From positions 46,258,358 through 46,322,357 of the forward strand of contig JBHNWI010000006.1 of the NCBI GenBank assembly GCA_048127485.1: DNA of 64,000 bases, given 5' to 3'. The stretch's first letter is position 1, and every line of letters begins with the position of its first letter. Source of the stretch: Solemya velum (Eukaryota). Positions 13,961 through 26,478 of the stretch are shown here, piece after piece. The notes beneath the pieces are model-generated. The model was given only the letters and a program-made list of their open reading frames with translations. It did not search any database and had not been told where the DNA came from. The position numbers and the translations under genes are program-made.

Positions 13961-14080
13961 ACACACACACACACACACAGAGACACAGACAGATTTACAC
14001 AGGCACAGACACACACAGAAACAAACAAGCTAGCCATCCAGCTAGATAGCTAATAAATAAACAAACAAACAAACAAACAA
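13961..14080. repeat. Compound microsatellite (CA)n, (CAGA/CACAGA)n, (CAAA)n
   Basis: Direct reading. Confidence 0.8.
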
Positions 14081-14550
14081 ATTTATTTAAAAACATGCAT
14101 TTCAATACAGAAGTTCACTTATTTTCGCGAAATATGGATGCCGAGAATCATCTAAGTAATGCTCATATTGGTACAAATTCTTCCAGTCAAATGATACAGT
14201 GTGACGCCACATACGTCCATCTTTATGCACCACATTGCATGTTACTTTTGACATTACAACCATAAGTAGTTGTAATGCCTAAACTCTGTATCCAACGCTC
14301 CTCCAACAGTAAACGACAGAGCTTGCTGTCATCTGGTAATGTCTTTACGATCACTATCCGTAACTGAAAGTCAATTGCAATTGAACATACGACAAACGTT
14401 CTACAAACAGTACCGTTCACATTGTCAATTTCGACAACTGCTTTTTTTATCGCCAATTGATTTAACCATAATGAACTCACCTCGTTTGCGTTGTCTGAGT
14501 TGCAACCGTGTCAAAATGTCATAGAATAGAATTCGTACCACTGCATCTAA

Positions 14551-14640
14551 GTGTAAAATTTTTTTTGCTAGTACGTAACGGGAATCGAACTCGGTTCCCC
14601 AGTTCAAAAATTCTACACTCTACCAATTGAGCTAAAGATG
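14551..14640 (-). pseudogene. tRNA-like sequence with an A-tail (retroposed tRNA pseudogene or SINE head)
   Basis: The minus strand reads TTAGCTCAATTGGTAGAGTG...CCGAGTTCGATTCCCG and then AAAAAAAA. The D-arm and T-arm boxes are present but the anticodon stem does not pair. Confidence 0.3.
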
Positions 14641-15649
14641 AATCGTTAATATTGAGCTAGTAGCACTTTTATCTAAAAGGAGATGATCTAGTATCCATCA
14701 CCGATGTATAAACATTGGATTGACAGTACTTACAGACCTTGCCTCTATAGGAACTAAAAGCTGGTTGACTTGAAATAGACATGCAGTCAACTATTATGGG
14801 TATATTTGCCCATATTGCGCTCCTAAGTCTTATGTTATGATTGTCTCCCTTGTTAATGGGAAACAACTGAAAGTCGATAGAACATACAGGTTTTTCAATC
14901 GAATACTACGTTTAAGTCGTGCTTTCAACACGTAGAAGAAACTAATAACTATTTAGTCCATGTTCAACTCTGTATTGTTAACACACTACAGTCATGGGAA
15001 TACAGTACATACTACCAAACAAACAGTTCAGATGCAAGCGGCGATGTATCGCCGATGATTGCTCTACAAACGACACTGTTTACTTTGGACAAATGTATCC
15101 ATTGCATTCTGCCATTTGATTCAACTACATTGAACTCGCTTCGTTTGCAATAACACAAAACAACATAACTCACATATTTGTAGAAATCTAGCTTGGCTGA
15201 CCTTGTCTTTGCGTCGGCAACAATAAGAATAGCTATTTGTCACATTGAAATTTGGCATAACACCGCAAAACCACGATTGCACTACGCCGCAGTCTATAAA
15301 GTCTTAGTATGGGAAACGAAAGGCTGAATAGTCAGTTTTAGTCATATTACAATCAACTACTTAATGTTGTTATTGCATTTGAACAGCAAGATTTCACAGA
15401 AATCCCACATATCATTTATTTCTCTGGTTTTACTCTTGAACACCTTTTCCCACATAGTTTCTCTTTATGTATAAACTGATCATGGTTTTATTTATACATT
15501 AACCTGGTTAAATCTCCAACATAAAGAAAATACGCGCGAGACGGGGCCATTCTGAATTCTCCCAACTGGTCGTAATGCTAAATCAATGGGAAAATCATTT
15601 TAAATATGCTAGGTCCTAAAACTTTTCCACTCTTTTTTTTTTTTTTTTT

Positions 15650-16790
15650 TTTTTAAGCTTAGTTTGTAGTCTCTGAGTTGAATCGGCAACAAACTCTTTG
15701 ACCTTAACCTCATGTAGCCTTGACCTTAGCGAAATTTAAAATTCTAAACATGAAGTGTACAGACAAATAATAATAAAAAGAATTTTTCGCCAGTACAAAA
15801 GCAATAGCCCTAATTATATCTCGGCCATTTTTAGAGATTTCGGAAAATAAAGTTGTCAGAACGGTTTGAAATACCCGTTAGATAATATTTAAAAAAAATT
15901 TTTTGGAAAAGCTCAATATTTAAAGATTTGGCAAAACTTGGAAAAATTTTCGGCCTATTGCAAATCGCAGTCAGGGGACCACTTTGAACGCTTATAACTT
16001 TTTTTTGACGCCCCGACGTTAGTGACGATTTTTCTGACAGCCGATCCCCGGTCACTTGTGCATCGTAATACACGAGAATCATAGTGATATAATCTACTAT
16101 AATGTTTTTATAGCACCGCGAATGGGTCTGCCCACCCCAATTTAACCTAGTTCACAACGCAAGTACAGATTTTCAAGCAACATTATCTCCTGATCTATAA
16201 GAGACACACAGCTCAAACTTTGACATCTAAGACTACAACCTAATGGTATCATAATACGGGTCTTACAACATCCCACACCCACCGTTATCTAGTAATCGTG
16301 TCACAAAAATGAGACAAATAACAAACTTCAAAGTCGATTTACACTCAAACAACTCAACCTATCTCAATACTAAAAACAGATTCTCAAACGCATCCCTCTC
16401 CTCTACACATCTAAAAAAACTCCCATCAAAATATCTCAAAATTCAAAAACTTAAAAATTTTAAACTTTTTAAAATTTTAACAACTCTTTTGTCAATGAGA
16501 TAAACTTCCTCACCTCCTCCTGTATTTTTTAGCTTAGTTTGTCTTGTAGTCTTTGAGTTGAATTGGCAACAAACTTTTTGACCTTAACCTCATGTAGCCT
16601 TGACCTTAGCGAAATTTAAAATTCTAAGCATGATGTGCAAATCTAGGTCTTGTAGCCATTGTACCCTTCAAATCTCATCATCATAACCCTAATACTTTCA
16701 GAGCTACTGAGACCACAAAAAGTGTACAGACAAATAATAATAAAAAGAATTTTTCGCCAGTACAAAAGCAATAGGTCTTTTCTCTCTGAG
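15650..16790. repeat. Pair of roughly 170-260-bp direct repeats (15650-15815 and 16530-16790) flanking about 730 bp; possibly a TRIM/LARD-like miniature LTR element
   Basis: Both copies read TTAGCTTAGTTTGT..GTAGTCT.TGAGTTGAAT.GGCAACAAACT.TTTGACCTTAACCTCATGTAGCCTTGACCTTAGCGAAATTTAAAATTCTAA.CATGA.GTG...AATAATAATAAAAAGAATTTTTCGCCAGTACAAAAGCAATAG. Confidence 0.4.
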
Positions 16791-17119
16791 GGAAAGCCCT
16801 AATTATTCAGTTGGTGAAGGACCCATGTCATTATCATGCTCCTTTCTGGAGAAGTAGCAGTAAGAAGAGTTCCAAGCTGGCTGCTATGTCAGCTATCTAG
16901 AAAATCTTGCGACATGAATTTCAATTATGCACAACTATAGAGACCAAGGTAAAATATATCATAGTAGCCCTATGAGAAAGTTATGAATCAGGCCGTGCCA
17001 TTGGAGGAAAGTGATCACTCTCATCCTGAACTTATATATCACTCTCCTCAGGATCAAAGTTTAAATGGAGCTTCGATACAGGAGAGCACTACCAATCAAC
17101 TGGAAACTGGATGGGGAGA

Positions 17120-17443
17120 GCAATGTTGTTCTTGATTGAGTAGAGAACCGTAGGCCATAGGCCCATATGTTCTTGAGTGAAGAATATAGGGAAAGATGGA
17201 TACAGGCCGAACCGGGTAAAGCACTCTGGTCTTTATTCAACAGAGCCAGCCTGGTTCTTTATAGTGCCCCGTGTAAAGCACAGATACACTAGACCTCGGT
17301 TTAAAGTCCCTTCCAAACGACTATAGGTCACCCCGAGGTCGAAGACCTCTGAAAAATCCAACTGATCAACCGGGAATAGAACTCACGATCACTGCATCAT
17401 AAATCGGATGCACTACCGCTGCGCTATCGGGGCAACTGGGGGA
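17120..17443 (-). mobile_element. SINE family B copy
   Basis: Reverse complement of family B. The TSD is TGGGGAGAGCAAT at about 17108-17120 and 17446-17458. Confidence 0.75.
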
Positions 17444-17612
17444 GAGCAATTTTCCACTCTCCTGCCCTTTTTGATTGGCAAGGCCTGTAAATGGTATAGG
17501 AGGAGTAGCAGTAACAAAAGTTCTTGAACAATGATGATGACAGACAAAATTAGATCAGAAGAGCTCACTTAAGCATAGCTTAGATGAGGTAAAAAACTAA
17601 ACCAGGGCAAAC

Positions 17613-17741
17613 CTCAATAGCTATGTTTTTCAAAGCTGGCTCCTGCCACTTTGCTTGAATAAATATTTCTGCTTCAAATTGTTGTGTGACTGTATCAATG
17701 TCAGTGATCTTCAGAAATGTAGCGCGTGCTTCAACCATCAC
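17613..17741 (-). CDS. Exon of a pentameric ligand-gated ion channel (Cys-loop superfamily) gene: beta1-beta2 region of the extracellular domain
   Basis: The minus-strand acceptor is taatttttcag|GTGATGG. The open frame reads VMVEARATFLKITDIDTVTQQFEAEIFIQAKWQEPALKNIAIE. This matches the conserved V-x-V...I/VDE-x-x-Q....W-x-D-x-x-L segment of pLGIC extracellular domains. The donor is GAG|GTTTGC and the exon is phase 0 to 0. Confidence 0.55.
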
Positions 17742-17876
17742 CTGAAAAATTATGTGAAGCACTTCTTTAAGAGGTTTTAGATAAAAATATCAAATTTTCT
17801 CTAGCTATTGACCAAAAAAATATATAGTCTATTAAACCTATAAATATTTAACTGGTTTCATTTTCTACACAATGGT

Positions 17877-18095
17877 TTATAATGCAATGCCTTGTGTGTA
17901 TAGACGAATATTAAATCCTTTTAGTAGATCATATTCTTCATAAGTTTGATTGATAAATGTTTCAAACATATCTTGAAATAGATACTTATTTTTACTTGCT
18001 GTTTTCTGAATCAGGATCCCTCCCATGTCTCTCTTTGTCAGACTCAGAATAATCCTCCATCTTACAAATGCGAGGCAGTAGATCAAAAGTTTCAT
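17877..18095 (-). CDS. Candidate N-terminal coding region for the same channel gene (signal-peptide-like MKLLIYCLAF... plus a helix-like segment); the exon structure is unresolved
   Basis: ATG at 18095 (minus strand) opens MKLLIYCLAFV... Either a GTAAGA donor follows F10, or the ORF continues to ...FNIRLYTQGIAL*. No phase-0 donor was found that joins to the 17741 exon. Confidence 0.2.
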   Translation of the reverse strand: MKLLIYCLAFVRWRIILSLTKRDMGGILIQKTASKNKYLFQDMFETFINQTYEEYDLLKGFNIRLYTQGIAL

Positions 18096-18166
18096 AGTAA
18101 AAGAATTGTGGCTTACCTCCTACCACCAAATATCACTGACAGTCATGAATAAAAAAAAATTAATTA

Positions 18167-18167
<1 letters not shown>

Positions 18168-18205
<38 letters not shown>

Positions 18206-18215
18206 AGCACAGAAT
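18168..18215. repeat. (TA)n microsatellite
   Basis: Direct reading. Confidence 0.85.
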
Positions 18216-19309
18216 TTTGATCTAAACAATAGCATGTCAAACTCGTTGTCACAACTACAATTACCATGATAAATCGGTGTATAATCAAAGAATGCTAGTC
18301 ATTCTGCCACGGATTTCTATCATGGCCCAATCATGAACCAAGTCATTTTACTCAGTCTCAGACAACTGTTTCAAGAAAACACTAAAAATGCTTGAAATGT
18401 CAAGTATAAACTGGGTTTAACATTTTGGTCCACTCGCACTGGTACTTAGCTTTCATTTTCAAAAAAACAAAATATGACTATCGGTTTGTATTTATTTGGT
18501 TGTTTGATGGTAAACAACTTGGACTGTGTTTTCCAGCTCATATCAGTAAACAGGATACATGGTTTCCAGCAGATGTGTAATTTGGAGTGTAAACTTTCAA
18601 CAGCGACAATCGATGCAAAAATTGAATTGAATTGAATTGAATTGAATGGGTTTATTGTTCCATCAGCACATTAAGGCTATATCGGGACAATCAATGGTAC
18701 TGGAGAAATAACAATGTGATAGGAATGTCAATAAATTAGAAAGATATATTCACAGAAGATAGGATTTAAAAGATTATATGATGGGATGATAATATAAAAG
18801 ACCGAAAAATGAAATTGTCATAAAAAATTATTAGTGCATAAATAATTGAGAGTGTGCTAAGCAGCCACACCTCAAACAAAATTTGTAGACATAACATAAA
18901 AAAGTTGACTGAAAAAAGTTCGGTAGTTCTATTATAGGATGTTATGTTTAGATATAACGCTAACAGATAAAAGTACAATAAAATTACAAAAAGGGTATTA
19001 TACATTAAGCTTAAAAACGGATATATCATAAACGGACCACCGATGGGGACCCCAGATAAATCCATGTCTTCAGTGTCTGACTCTGGGGCCAGGGCACTAA
19101 AGCGATTACTCGGCGGATCAACAGTTCCCGAAGGAAGTCTGCCAATCCGTGATGTGTGAGAAGTCGCGCGGGGCAACTTACTGGAGCAAGATCTACTGGT
19201 GGTAGAAGTAGATCTTGCTTTCACCATTGTCTCCGCTGATGTCACAGGTCGGATTGGTGAAATATGTTTCCGTTGATTAGTGTTATCAGAAGATTTTTGG
19301 ACTGTAGTC

Positions 19310-20089
19310 TTATGCATGGTACTTAGTCAGTACGGGTTCAGAACTCCCAAGTTTCTGCAAAGTGCTGGTAGTTTGACAAGAGATGGATCTGGTAACAGTT
19401 TTACGGGAGATGCGTGGTGTATCAGCTGTGGTCTGACAACCGACATGCTTTGCTGCTTGTGCATACGATGAAGTAGCATCTGTGGCAGCACTGCAAGTGT
19501 GAACAATCCTCCTCGCCTCGGGGTACGAAAGACGTTGTAGGGTCTTCAGATGTTGAATGTCTTTCTCAAACTTCCATTCCCTACAATCTTTAGAGAAGGA
19601 AGGATGAGAACCTCTACAATTCACACAACAAGCATCTGCCTTACAATCCTCACTGTTGTGGTCAGGATGACCACACTTTGCACAATTCTTGCAGTTAGCC
19701 TTGTGATGACAAAATTTTTGACATTGGAAACATCGCAACGGGTTCGGTATATAGGGTTCAACTCGCAAGTTCAAATAGCCGATATGGAGACTGATAGGTA
19801 AAGTAGGGGTTGAGAAAGTCAAAATAAATGTATTAGTAGCAATGGTGGTGATACCTTTTTTCAGGGTTATTCGTCGAGCATCGGCGACGTGGACAAAAGA
19901 CTCTACAATTTCCGCTTCTGTTGCATATTTCAGGTCTGAGGAGCAAATGACGCCTTTACACGAATTTAAAGTCTTATGTGGAGCAACTTTCACAGATACA
20001 TTCACAAAGGATTTCAGTTTGAGGTAGTTGGAAGACTGTTGTTTAGATGTACATTCAATCAACAATGCACCGGATGAAAGTTTCTTCAC
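19310..20089 (-). mobile_element. Non-LTR retrotransposon ORF1 (gag-like) with three CCHC zinc knuckles; the element lacks recognisable ORF2
   Basis: CFQCQKFCHHKANC, CAKCGHPDHNSEDC and CVNCRGSHPSFSKDC each fit C-x2-C-x3-4-H-x4-6-C. LKKGITTIATNTFILTF is typical of ORF1. After the ORF1 stop, AT-rich non-coding sequence follows from about 18990. Confidence 0.7.
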
Positions 20090-21015
20090 AGAAGATGGTT
20101 CACCCGCTGTACTTTTGAGACCTTTATGAATTACAAATGGAGAAAGTGTACCGAGCCTTTTGTCTTGGGGATTGGTATCTTCAATGAGAAGAAATCGGGG
20201 TCAATTCCTGTCAGTATGTGGGGTTGCTTGGTCGATGTCCATAGAGTCAGAAGAGGGAGAATCCTCTCAAGAGCGTTTGAGATTTTGTGTTTTTTTACCC
20301 ATGATGAATTATCTATTTTTCATCACCCGTGCTCCCCGCCCGTCATCGAGCCCAACGCTGGGACACAATGCTACAGGGCAGTGCCCAGTGTAGCACCCAT
20401 GCCAGGGTTACACAGGTGGAATACTCAAGTGGAATGATACAACGTTGTGGGTGAGGAAATATATATAATAAAACATACATAGTATCACACACAGTGAAGA
20501 ACAATGACACTCGATTGACCCTATGCCATCAACCATATGAGCTACGTATGGGAAGCAATATTAAGCAAAAGTTTATCAGGAAGCACTATTGACGACAAGT
20601 CAGGGAGAATGCTCTGATCGTAGTAGTATGTGAAGTTGCTCATATGGTATGTTTGACTAGCCGATTGATCCGTGCCGGGCCCAACCTGGACCACCCGTCT
20701 GGTCGAATACGGGGCCAAAATGGCGTGTTGGAGAAATGGTCAAAATCCTATAGTACACAAGGGGGGTGTACCATAGATCCCCACCTCCGCTGACACGGGT
20801 CGCAACCCACGGCAAACAGGTTGACCCTTTTTAGTCGCCTCTTACGACACGCAAGAGGATACGGCGGGCTATTCTACCTCGGAGACCACTCGGGGCATCG
20901 ATGCAAAAAAGAAGGTGATTAAATTTGAAATTCTAAACTGTTTCGAATATATAGTGATCTATTTTGGAAGTTTTTAGATCAAAGGTTTCAAGTACATGTA
21001 TATTCCAGTATTTAC

Positions 21016-21446
21016 CTTTTCCTGTCCTGTAGAAGATTTATGGGAACTGAGTGATACAGATCTACTTGTATCAGACTTCGTGCCACGACCCTGAAGATTT
21101 AAAGTACCAAGAACATTCAGCATATCATTCATCACACTGTTGTTCCTCTCAAGGTAAGATGTCAGATGTCCAAGCATATCAATCATCCTCGAATCGGAAC
21201 TACTACCACTCTTGGGAACAGAATCTGTTTCATCATGATGCGAATGTTTGTGTAGTATTTTGGATTTCTTAGGACTAGTATATTTGGAATCCTCCATATA
21301 AGAAGTGGTATTTGAGTGGGGGTGCTGTTGCTGTTTCTCTATGCTTGATGGATTGCGCTCAAGCACAGGATCTTTCCAGTCTGGTACAGCAAATCCAGAA
21401 CTGCTTTGGTCTACATGTATGTCAGAAATTACAACACATTCATCAT
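21016..21446 (-). CDS. Coding exon of unknown gene: Ser/His/Lys-rich, low-complexity, probably disordered
   Basis: The acceptor is tttatcattgcag|AT and the donor is AAG|GTAAAT. The 143 codons are open and read ...DECVVISDIHVDQSSSGFAVPDWKDPVLERNPSSIEKQQQHPHS...HKSSTGQEK. Confidence 0.4.
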
Positions 21447-22690
21447 CTGCAATGATAAATTAAAACATTAACATCTTTTTTCAATTTCATCTCATATCTT
21501 TATTTTGTGAACCAAAAAATAATTTAGCTCTAGTAGGCACATGTCAATTAAATGTACACAGAGTGAAACACTGAATATATGCTGGTTCAACGGCTTCAAG
21601 GCTGAATTATCTTTTTCAAGAACTACTGGTACTGAAGGAGTATTTACTACATTTCAAAAGCATGAATGCATTTTTAGTCATGTCAGCATTATGAGCACAT
21701 TTCTCATTACATATGTGTGTCTATACATGTATATAACTGTATCCAAAACTTCTTGTTGCACACCATTTTGTTTCGTCAAAAACTGGCATTGATTACTCAA
21801 GAAAGCCAAGTTTCAGAAGAAACAGAATGGTGATCAACAATGCCTGCAGAATGTTGAATTAGATTTGTATATACTATTTGCTCATTGACGAGTTAGGGAA
21901 TGAAACAATCATAAATACATTTTAATGCAATTCGTATGTGTATTCTCATCGGCTACACTGGGGACCATAGAACTATTGACTTAGAATTTCTACAAATAAT
22001 TTAGAGATTGTTCATCTCAGAATTAGTGAATTGAGCCTTTTAAGGGCCAGCTTCACATTACTGAACCGAATTTACACCTCTTCTTTTCTTGTGCCCAAAG
22101 GGTCAATGAAACAAGGGAGTGGAATTTTCTGATATAAATTTAGAACTTTTTTATTGGCGGAATGTAGTTTTCTCTGTAGAATGAGATTTTGAAGAAAAAC
22201 CCATATGACCTGCAGTTGTCCCTTCAGTTTGTATATTTATATATAAATTGCTCATACTCCTTGTGTTTAATTAAAAATAAAAACCTGTTCATTTTTTAGA
22301 CTCTAAGTCTAATGTGCATGAAGATTAGCAGTAACAAGAATTTAATAACAACATCGCAAACAAAGCATTATATCAACCTGCCAGCAGTATAGTGAATAGA
22401 TAAAGAAGATAAATGTATGGAAATCTACAGTACATATTTGAAGTAGAACTATACATACATATAAGATGTATAAGTCCAATACCAAGCCACTGTTCACATA
22501 TCGTTCACATTGGCCAATATTTATCAAAGATATTGAACAGAAAGTTTCAACCAATCAGACTGCAATATACTAGTGAGATAAGCATGACATGTCAAATTAT
22601 AAATCCAAAGACCATTATGGAACAAGTCCACCAAAAATCAATGGACCTAAACGTAATTTAAACTTGAATTGCCGATCTTAAATACATACC

Positions 22691-22854
22691 CAGTGATTGG
22701 GAAGGCCAATTTACTCAATGGGCTTTTTGGTGGTTTTCCAAAATTTGAATGGGCCATTCTTTATATAAGTCAAATAACCTTTTCACTTTTCAATAGGCCA
22801 TTTTTCAGAAGCAATGGGCAAATGACCCATGGCCCACTTCCTTCCCAATCACTG
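22691..22854. mobile_element. MITE with TIR CAGTGATTGGGAAGG; a second copy lies at 28489-28692
   Basis: The two copies are about 85 percent identical. Each ends ...CCTTCCCAATCACTG. The second copy has an internal duplication. Confidence 0.55.
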
Positions 22855-25800
22855 ATACCTGGGTTACATGCTCGAAAACAGTTCAATATCTCAACTCATT
22901 GCCCAAAAAATTGAAAAACTGCATACAGTTGGATGTTCCATTTTTAGTGGTTTATGGGTTGTTTCTTTTATTCTTTTTTTAGCTCCTAAACAAGAAAAAT
23001 AGGACCTGACGGATAAAGGGGACATTCCCATTACTTCCATTTTAAACCTAACCAATCAAACCTTGGATGTTGATGCTGACAGACAAACACTGAAATGGGA
23101 GCTCATAGAACATGTTCATTCATGATTATGTACGGACAGAGCTGAGCTTTTAAGATAGATGAGGTGAGGTGAGGATGATTTGTTTTGGAGGCTTGTTTAG
23201 CACAATTACATCTATTATTCAACAAATTTCAATACAAATTTTTAATTTATGCAGGAAAGTGACTACACTGTTGGTGAGTTATGTACTCTCCTCTAAATAA
23301 GGTTTCAAATGTTGGAAATTACCATCGAAATTACCATAACTCTCATCCCCACTGCTATCTTTTTCATCCACATGCTACTTGTTAATAAGCTGTGAAAATG
23401 TAAAATAGTCCAAATCATTGAACATACTTTTCACATACTTGAGACAATACCAAGTCATCTCCGCCATTTAAAAAGTCCCTGTTCAACAAATCATTTGCTC
23501 TGTAGTCTGACAGTTTTGTAAAGCTGGCATTGAGTCAAAAAATGCCCTTGCAAATCGGGAAACAGAATGAAAAGCACATGGGTCGCCTTATTTGAATAAC
23601 AATTTATGCATGTCGAAACAAAAAGACTACTAAAGATGCTAATAACAATCGCATTTTCAGTGCTAACAGTTGATTCTCAAAATATTAATTCAACTGAAAC
23701 ATTTGCAGTCACTGTGATGAATGTGAATGAAGCAAACATGAACACTGACAAATTTCACTTATGAATACATGTAATTCATTAGTGCTCAACTTGCATTTTT
23801 GCATGTGATCGATTTCCAGACAGCTTTTTGAAATATAGTGCATTTAATTTTAATTTATGAAACACATATTCATATGCTAGTACTAGTGTACACCAAAAAT
23901 AAATAGTACATGTATGTGACAAATTAGATATACAACTGTTGGCTTGATGTATGAGAATTGGAGAAGTGAAGGGGCAGACCTTCAGTCTCCGCCCCTTCGT
24001 GTCTCCAATTCTCGTACATCACGCCAACAGTTGTATATCCATTACATAATAAATGAGAACTACTGGTAATAATAATGTTGGACAGGTGAAGTTCTACAAG
24101 AGCTGCAAGATGTTCCTTTGCAAATGAAACAGCGATCAACTTATTAACACATTTGTTCAATGACCCAGTGTAAGTATGAATTTCATTCATACACCTTCTA
24201 CACATGCACTTAGTTGTCCTGTTCATAACTGTCACAATTTCATAGTTCCATATGTTCATGTCTGGTCATAATATAAAAGGCTCCAAATTATGTAGGGACG
24301 GGATATTTGTTTCATGTCTGCATTTTTTAGGGGATGGATGTGGCAATAGAAGTTTCATATCTTTCTGTATGTGTGTATCAACAGATTAAAAAAGCTGATT
24401 GTCAATGATCTAATATCTAGATTGGAAATACATTGTATAAAAAATTCACAAGTGGTTACGTTCGAGACATTGAGAAAAGTTCAATAGAATTTCAAACTCA
24501 ATTTTTGATCCAGATATTACACATTTCGCGAGTTCTTGGCTTCACCATGTGAGCTAATAAAACAACCACCAATTCCACACGTAATTCTTCATAAAAACAT
24601 GCACCGGTACAATAATAATCATCTTACTGAATCACATGCTTTTCTATCTTCAATTTTGATTCAAGAACTTGTATCAGTTCTGCACAAAATGGTTCTCCAG
24701 TTCCCCCCTCCACTACCTTCGTCAAACAAAAAAAAAGATCTACAAAATAAAGACATCAGTTGTGTAGAACTGGTATTTGATACTATGAAATGCTTTAATT
24801 CTGTAGAACATTGACACTAGAATTAAATTGGTATTAAAATTGGGTCTGTGTGATAAAATGATGTTGAGAAAGAAAACAATGCTATGTTGAAAGATTCACA
24901 AACATACTAGCCAGGTTCATGTAAGTGGAGAATGAGGGGAGCTTTAATATCCACAATCTTAATTACCCACAGTCGATTTTATTTTCAATTAATCTTCATC
25001 GTGTGTACCTTAAACTTAGAATCTAATGATTCAAGAGAATCTAAGCTAACATTTTGGTTCAATACATCATACTCAGTACTCTCTGTTAAATTTAGGACAA
25101 TTAATTTTGCCAGTGAATTTGCAGATTTCATTCGTTGTAGTAAATATATAGAGATTATATCATTAAAAATGTATTATCATTATTTTTTCAATCGAGTTAG
25201 TTAATTGTACAATTTAAAACCTAAGGCTTTACCAACTGCAAGTGCTTAAAAATGTACAAACATCGTAATCAACGAAATTGAAAAAAATTATGTGTGATTC
25301 AACATTTATGGTGATATAAACTGTTTCTCACACAACACATTCAGCATTTTATGTGCCTGAACCATATACGAACCGACAAAGGAATGGGTAGTGACACCAA
25401 CTTTGCTGCCATCTCATGACGTCAAGTACATGCATACAACATCACGACTGTCAGTAACTGACCAAAGCCAATGAGAGAGCTTGAACAACTGTTGTTAATC
25501 ACTTACCTCATTTTTGATATGGCTGTAAAATGTTGTTTATTGCTATGAACTATTCTTTATAACTTTTTATGTAAATGAGTCTAGTTGTTTAACATATAGC
25601 AGTTATGCGAGACTCATTTATCAGTGCAAGTTGTAAACAAAGAACTGAGTTTGAGCTTTTGGGACACAGCTCTGAAACTCAAGTTATTTAGTGTTAACAC
25701 TGTTATTGAAATACTTTTAAGACTACATGTCTTGTATACATTTTTTCCCCTTTTTATTCTTTGAAACAAATAAATCTGGGAAATACCTCTGGTTTTGGGA

Positions 25801-26142
25801 AACTGAGGATCAAAAAAAGATGCTGTGACAGGCTTTACTGTAAAAACTTATCATTTGGGCTTCAGAATGAAGCTAAATTGAAATATATTTTTTTGTGCTG
25901 AAAACTGATACTGGTAATTGAGACTGAAAGTGAGGCTGTGAAAAGCTTTAACTTATAATTATTTCTGAAGAAGTGTAACCAGGTGTTGGAAAACTAAGGC
26001 TATGTTGAAACAGATTTATTTGTGCTGAAATCTAGCTGTTATTAGAAATCGAGACTGAAAGTGAGGCTGTGTTCAAAGATATTTACTTGAGTAGACACAT
26101 TGTTTGAAGATTGAGATTGAAAATGAGGCTGTTGTAGATGTT

Positions 26143-26478
26143 GATGGTTGACTAGTTTAACGTCCTGTATAACAATTCTTCAGCTGTTAGGCATGTATGC
26201 AGTGTTTGTGTGTGCGTATCATATGTGTCTGCTTGCGACAGTGCGCACTCTTGGCGCTCTTTAGAGTGCTGCCTCACTGGAATGCCATAACGCAAACTAT
26301 ATGACATCTCACCCAATGACATTATACTGACACCAGGCTGACTAGCCATTGCGCTAACCTTCGTGTCGGACGTCTGACAGGCAGCCGCAACGAATAACGA
26401 ATTTAAAGACTTTGATTTGTCCCGGACGCGAACCTGCGACCTCCCAGTCACCGAGCGGATGTCCTTACCACTAGGCCC
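26143..26478 (-). mobile_element. SINE family A copy inserted into a degenerate tandem-repeat array
   Basis: TSD GCTGTTGTAGA at about 26130-26140 and 26481-26491. Confidence 0.7.

Noticed and set aside
14100-14240. Candidate extra pLGIC exon (frame reading ...RMWRHTVSFDWKNLYQYEHYLDDSRHPYFAKISEL)
   Set aside because: No phase-compatible donor links it to the 13215 exon. The 17613 exon can join the 13215 exon directly with plausible loop spacing. The ORF is likely fortuitous.
22342-22554. Hydrophobic ORFs in AT-rich DNA (for example 22342-22554 minus) considered as membrane-protein exons
   Set aside because: AT-rich sequence yields Leu/Ile/Phe/Tyr-rich translations by composition alone. There are no splice signals or motif support.
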